Part shown: positions 60,210 through 64,000 of the stretch, in pieces
How positions within the stretch are numbered: position 1 is the first letter of the stretch
Layout of the letters: every line of letters starts with the position of its first letter
Source: Candidatus Poribacteria bacterium
GTDB lineage: Bacteria; Poribacteria; WGA-4E; JAJDTR01
Length of the DNA: 64,000 nucleotides
NCBI GenBank assembly: GCA_965222225.1
Contig: CBDCTK010000002.1
Coordinates: 4,768,001-4,832,000 of the forward strand
Direction of reading: 5' to 3'
Position numbers and translations under genes: made by a program
Notes under the pieces: generated by a model
The model's database searches: none
Seen by the model: the letters and a program-made list of their open reading frames with translations, nothing else
Told to the model about the DNA's origin: nothing

Positions 60210-61029
60210 TCAGCCCGTGCATAATGTGCTGGCATCTTCGGACGTTTGCATATCCACGACCGACGCTCCAGCCTGCGCCAGCGACACCGCCGAACCCACT
60301 CGAAGTGAGTGCCCACTGATAAAGCCTTTAATGCCTATTTCGGTCGTCCAGCGCTTGATTGCATTCCTCGCTCCGCGGACGGTGAGCCTGCCATCGGTGA
60401 TATGCCCGCCACGGCGAATTCTCCGAAACAACGCACCCGATTCAATCCCCACCCGCCTGCAGTAACGCCGAATCACGCGGCGTGTGGGTTCGCCGATTTA
60501 GAGCGTGGTGCCTTCGCCTTCCTGATCCGTCTTGCTGGTGTGGAGCTTTAGAACTGACCCGACATCCTCAACATTGACCGCTACCGCCTCCGAGATACGC
60601 AATAGGCAATCACTCATGAGCCTTATCATCGCCGAATCTCTCAGCCCCGCCAGTGTCTTTCTCCCTTCGGCATAACCGCCGACCCGCTCCATATCCGACC
60701 AGGTGATGCCGTCTACTTGACCGCCGCCACTGCCTGTGAAATCGTAGCCGGCGATTTGCCGGCATCGTGGAGTTGCGTGAGGTATGTCGCCAACACGCTA
60801 TCGTTTAATCCGTGTCCGCCAGGATCTCAATCGCCCTCTCTGTCAGGTCGGTTCATCGGTTGTAGTCAATCCGGAATCCGTTCTCGCCGTCATGCATCCA
60901 CGCTTCGAGGTCTTTCAACGCCCGCGATCCGCTTTGGAGGTGTTATCCGAGACGCCGCACCCAATCAAATCCTTCGTGCGTTACGTATCGGCGAGCTCGG
61001 CGTTTCGCCGTGTTCGCTAGTTGATTCAT
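60210..61029 (-). pseudogene. Tyrosine recombinase (Cre-like) pseudogene
   Basis: LATYLTQLHDAGKSPATI; GLRDSAMIRLMSDCLLRISEA; SKTDQEGEG; SGHSLRVGSA; internal stops and deletions, and the catalytic-Tyr region is lost. Confidence 0.85.
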
Positions 61030-61039
61030 ATTCCCTACA

Positions 61040-61423
61040 TCACTTCAACGTCGCCAAGCGATAGCCGTTCTTGTCCCACGTGCTTACCGCACCGTTGCCG
61101 TATTCATTCACGCCCATACCGGCGCGTGTTTTGTCGATTCCTTTACCGAGGACTTCGACCTGCCCGCCGTGGTCATCGACGTATAGCGTTACACCGCCAC
61201 CCGCCCTGCCGAAGACCCAGACCATCCCGTCATCTGCAAAGGTCATTAGCGATACTTTAGTTTTCCCTTCGGCACTCACCACGTTCAGCCCCGTACAGGT
61301 TATCTCTCCGAACGTTGTGTCCCCGTTCTGCGCTCTGATTGGCATGACGGAACTCACCACCATCGTTAGAACCGCCCCCACAACACCGCCGATTACCGCG
61401 TACAAACTCTCTTTTCTTCGCAT
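61040..61423 (-). CDS. Small secreted or membrane-anchored beta-repeat protein
   Basis: MRRKESLYAVIGG...NGDTTFGEITC...VSTWDKNGYRLATLK; intact paralog of 57084-57533. Confidence 0.75.
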   Translation of the reverse strand: MRRKESLYAVIGGVVGAVLTMVVSSVMPIRAQNGDTTFGEITCTGLNVVSAEGKTKVSLMTFADDGMVWVFGRAGGGVTLYVDDHGGQVEVLGKGIDKTRAGMGVNEYGNGAVSTWDKNGYRLATLK

Positions 61424-61564
61424 AATCTTTTCCTTCCCTTGATAGATTGTGAAATCCGTGAAAACTATTTAACTGCCGATACCTATTATTATACGCTTTA
61501 GCGTAAGGTCCGCAAAGACACAAAACACCGGTCTCTGCTTCCACACGTCCAAGTTCCCAACCTT

Positions 61565-62548
61565 TCACTCTGTCTCGACCGCGCCATTGTTTGTTTCTGC
61601 AGGCAGTGCTTTCGCCCCATTTCCGATTACCTCCTGCTCAGGGAATTTCAGCGCACGCGTTAGCCGCTCCAGATTCGCAACAAGTTCCTCCGCTCCCCCG
61701 CCAAGAATCTGCTGTCCGGGCGTCTTCAGTGCAAGCGTCAATCTCTCCAAGACCCCGACAATCTGTGCGCCAGACATATTCACCGGCACCGGCTGTTCAG
61801 TCGCCGATAGTCGCCGCAGACTCTCCATCGTCTTGGTCAGCGAATTCGTCAACAACTGCAAATTCTTCGCGGAATGCGTTTTTATCTCCAACTCACGGTT
61901 AATTCGCTCGGCATGTCTGGCTAAGAGTGCAATTTGCTCCACCGGAGATGTGAATGGAATATCACTCACCGCCTGCCTATGCTGTTCCCGTGTTTCACGC
62001 CACAATGCACCGTACTTCGCTTCCGGCCATCGGGCTGACCCGGGCTTCAGGTACGCAAGCCGATGAATCAGGATTTCTCTAAGGCCTTTCCAGCCCATTG
62101 CGTCGTCTTGTGCCAACCGATTTATTGTATTATCTCCCAAGATTAATTCCTGAACCGCATCAGATGTGGATAGTCCGCACGCATGACAGCGAACAACAAA
62201 CTCACGATGTGAATCCGAGATAAAGCCCGTTACACACAGAAGTAGCTCCCTACGGACTGTATCTTCAATCTCGACCGCTTCGGCCTCGATCTCTTGCACT
62301 TCATCCGCATCCAAATCTCCAAGATCGCGGTTTACGGAAATTCCAACCGTTTCCACGGCATAACGTTGCACTCGCTCAATAATCGCCGTAACTCGTTCAT
62401 AGCCGCTCAACCTCTCATACAACGCTTTTACATCCGAACGTAATTCCGACTGCCCCTTTTGCGGAAAATCCCCTTGCAGCGCGTCCTGAAGTGAAGTCTT
62501 CGTTCTCTTTGCAGCCATCGTTTCCTCCATATCAACCAATAAGTACAT
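61565..62548 (-). CDS. Hypothetical helical protein with a DUF2280-like (phage-associated) segment
   Basis: FVVRCHAC..STSDAVQEL...KYGALWRETRE...DIPFTS resembles the DUF2280 pattern from memory; true start probably near 62518. Confidence 0.45.
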   Translation of the reverse strand: MYLLVDMEETMAAKRTKTSLQDALQGDFPQKGQSELRSDVKALYERLSGYERVTAIIERVQRYAVETVGISVNRDLGDLDADEVQEIEAEAVEIEDTVRRELLLCVTGFISDSHREFVVRCHACGLSTSDAVQELILGDNTINRLAQDDAMGWKGLREILIHRLAYLKPGSARWPEAKYGALWRETREQHRQAVSDIPFTSPVEQIALLARHAERINRELEIKTHSAKNLQLLTNSLTKTMESLRRLSATEQPVPVNMSGAQIVGVLERLTLALKTPGQQILGGGAEELVANLERLTRALKFPEQEVIGNGAKALPAETNNGAVETE

Positions 62549-63052
62549 ATATTGTATACATACATAAATAACATACTATATATTGAGTTAGATGCAGTTA
62601 GCAACAGTGGCGTCTGTGTGGCGCGCGTATGGTCCAGATATAGTATGTCATTGAATATTATATACCAAATAACTAGGCCCTCAAGGATATTAAGCTAAAG
62701 TAAGGATTGATACTTGCTATTTCTGTTTCTGAGTATTATTCAGAGTGCCAATCCGATGTAACCCCGCAGAAATCACGCCCGGTGCGGGTTTTGCCCCTTT
62801 TTTGTATCGATGACAGTGCCGCTTTTACTCTGAAAACTCTGAAATTTCCAATAATCTTTTACTTTTAATAGAGATTATCATCTCCGTCCGAGCTTTGCAA
62901 CCTTTTATGCGGGGAATCCCGGCAAAGGTGATTATCACCCTTAGTGCCGCCCACTTTCTCAATATTGCCGCATTACAAAAAACCGTGTGACAACCCTCGG
63001 CATATCTGATATACTTGAAAATCCGGTTAGGACACGCTTCGCTGGAAAGAAA

Positions 63053-63832
63053 ATGAGCCACATACATAATAAGGTACAAACACAATTCGGCAAGAATCCG
63101 GAATATTACGCCGTGAGTCCGGTTCACGCTCAAGGCTATACGCTGGCGGTGATTGTCGAATTCGCTCAGCCCACAGGAACCGAACGAGTGTTGGATATCG
63201 CGACCGGAACAGGGTTTGCCGCCTTTGCGGTCGCTCCGAAGGTCGCTCACGTCACAGCCACTGATCTCACCTATGAGATGCTGACCAAGGCAAGAGAACT
63301 TGCGCTCGGGCGCGGTTTGTCCAATGTCGAGTTTCAGGTAGCCGCTGCGGAATCACTGCCGTTTACCACAGAATCGTTCGACATCGTGACCTGCCGAATC
63401 GCGCCACACCACTTCCAAAATGTGTCGGCTTTTCTATCGGAGAGCTATCGCGTGCTCCGACCTTCTGGCTTGCTCTGTATGATAGACACCGTGTGTCCAG
63501 AGTCGCAACGATTGATTCGGTGGCAAAATCGGGTGGAAAAACTACGGGATAATTCTCACGTTTGGGCGTACCCGCCTTCGCAGTGGCGGAAGATGATCCA
63601 AGAAGCGGGATTCAAAATTGAAAAGGAAACCGAATCCAAGAATGCCGAGATTCAATTTTCGTGGTGGACGCAGCGGGAAACCAAGTCGCGAGAATTGGTG
63701 ACACAAATTCGGTCAGCTTTTGAGGGACTGTCGGTGCAAGAAAGCGCGATTTATGACATTCGCCGCGACGGCGATGAGCTTTATTTCGCTTGGCCCATGT
63801 ACAGCGTTCAGGCTAGAAAGGCTGTTGGGTAA
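63053..63832 (+). CDS. Class I SAM-dependent methyltransferase (UbiE-like)
   Basis: VLDIATGTG, AESLPF...FDIVTCRIAPHHF, RVLRPSG, LRDNSH. Confidence 0.9.
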   Translation: MSHIHNKVQTQFGKNPEYYAVSPVHAQGYTLAVIVEFAQPTGTERVLDIATGTGFAAFAVAPKVAHVTATDLTYEMLTKARELALGRGLSNVEFQVAAAESLPFTTESFDIVTCRIAPHHFQNVSAFLSESYRVLRPSGLLCMIDTVCPESQRLIRWQNRVEKLRDNSHVWAYPPSQWRKMIQEAGFKIEKETESKNAEIQFSWWTQRETKSRELVTQIRSAFEGLSVQESAIYDIRRDGDELYFAWPMYSVQARKAVG

Positions 63833-63883
63833 TCCGTAAAGGAGACGCCACTTCAATAGAATCATTTCCAGGAGGTACGATTC

Positions 63884-64000
63884 GTGAGCAAACGGAAAAG
63901 CGAAGAAATCCGCGTATATATAGGCACCTATACACACGGGGAGAGCGAAGGAATTTACGTCTATCGGTTGGATTTATCATCTGGTACACTGGAATTTGAG
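63884..64000 (+). CDS. Lactonase (6-phosphogluconolactonase, beta-propeller type), N-terminus only; runs off the window
   Basis: GGAGG RBS, GTG start, VYIGTYTHGESEGIYVYRLD. Confidence 0.8.
   Translation, partial: MSKRKSEEIRVYIGTYTHGESEGIYVYRLDLSSGTLEFE

Noticed and set aside
23358-60500. Genome-wide stop-codon reassignment explaining the in-frame TAA/TAG codons
   Set aside because: The stops fall where different residues are expected (Tyr, Glu, Lys), and all three stop codons terminate normal genes in this window.
62755-62805. c-di-GMP-I riboswitch-like words (GGCAAA...GCGGGGTTAC on the minus strand)
   Set aside because: Lacks the GAAA-tetraloop stem and the GCAAAG junction; more simply a hairpin or terminator.
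62550-63050. tRNA/att site at the island boundary
   Set aside because: No cloverleaf or T-arm motif, and no direct repeat shared with the left boundary was found by eye.

Overview
Bacterial genomic window, about 50% GC by eye. It is probably Candidatus Poribacteria or a relative: inferred from the 'AVEPxGKxxxxWxxLK' C-terminal motif, two PhyH dioxygenases, and LamG, NHL, WD40 and PPC proteins. Most of it is metabolic and transport genes: an AceE-like E1, a GH127-like hydrolase, an enolase/RraA/PfkB/epimerase cluster, a TPP enzyme, a THUMP methyltransferase, TolC, CstA, an AGCS symporter and a porin. There are two decaying accessory regions: 20-29.7 kb, a run of small co-oriented genes with an intact IS1595, and 56.7-62.6 kb, an island with a dead tyrosine recombinase. 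Three things stand out that the ORF track does not explain. (1) Two tandem HMA-domain lipoproteins (29917-30662) each carry an in-frame TGA at the first Cys of the metal-binding CxxC (UxxC) plus a conserved SECIS-like hairpin, so they are probable selenoproteins. (2) A dispersed 37-nt unit, GATCAAnnGAnnGAATAnnGAnnGCGATAGnGATCCC, occurs as 8 full copies plus a partial one. Its variable positions covary as a hairpin with tandem G-A pairs, and it sits inside other repeats and in frame inside a gene. (3) A translationally coupled HEPN + P-loop ATPase pair lies between an amidohydrolase and a Rieske gene and is a candidate defence or toxin-antitoxin module. Several nested MITE/REP-like elements are also present. 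I recognised no rRNA, tRNA or CRISPR array. All calls are by eye from motifs; no database searches were run.
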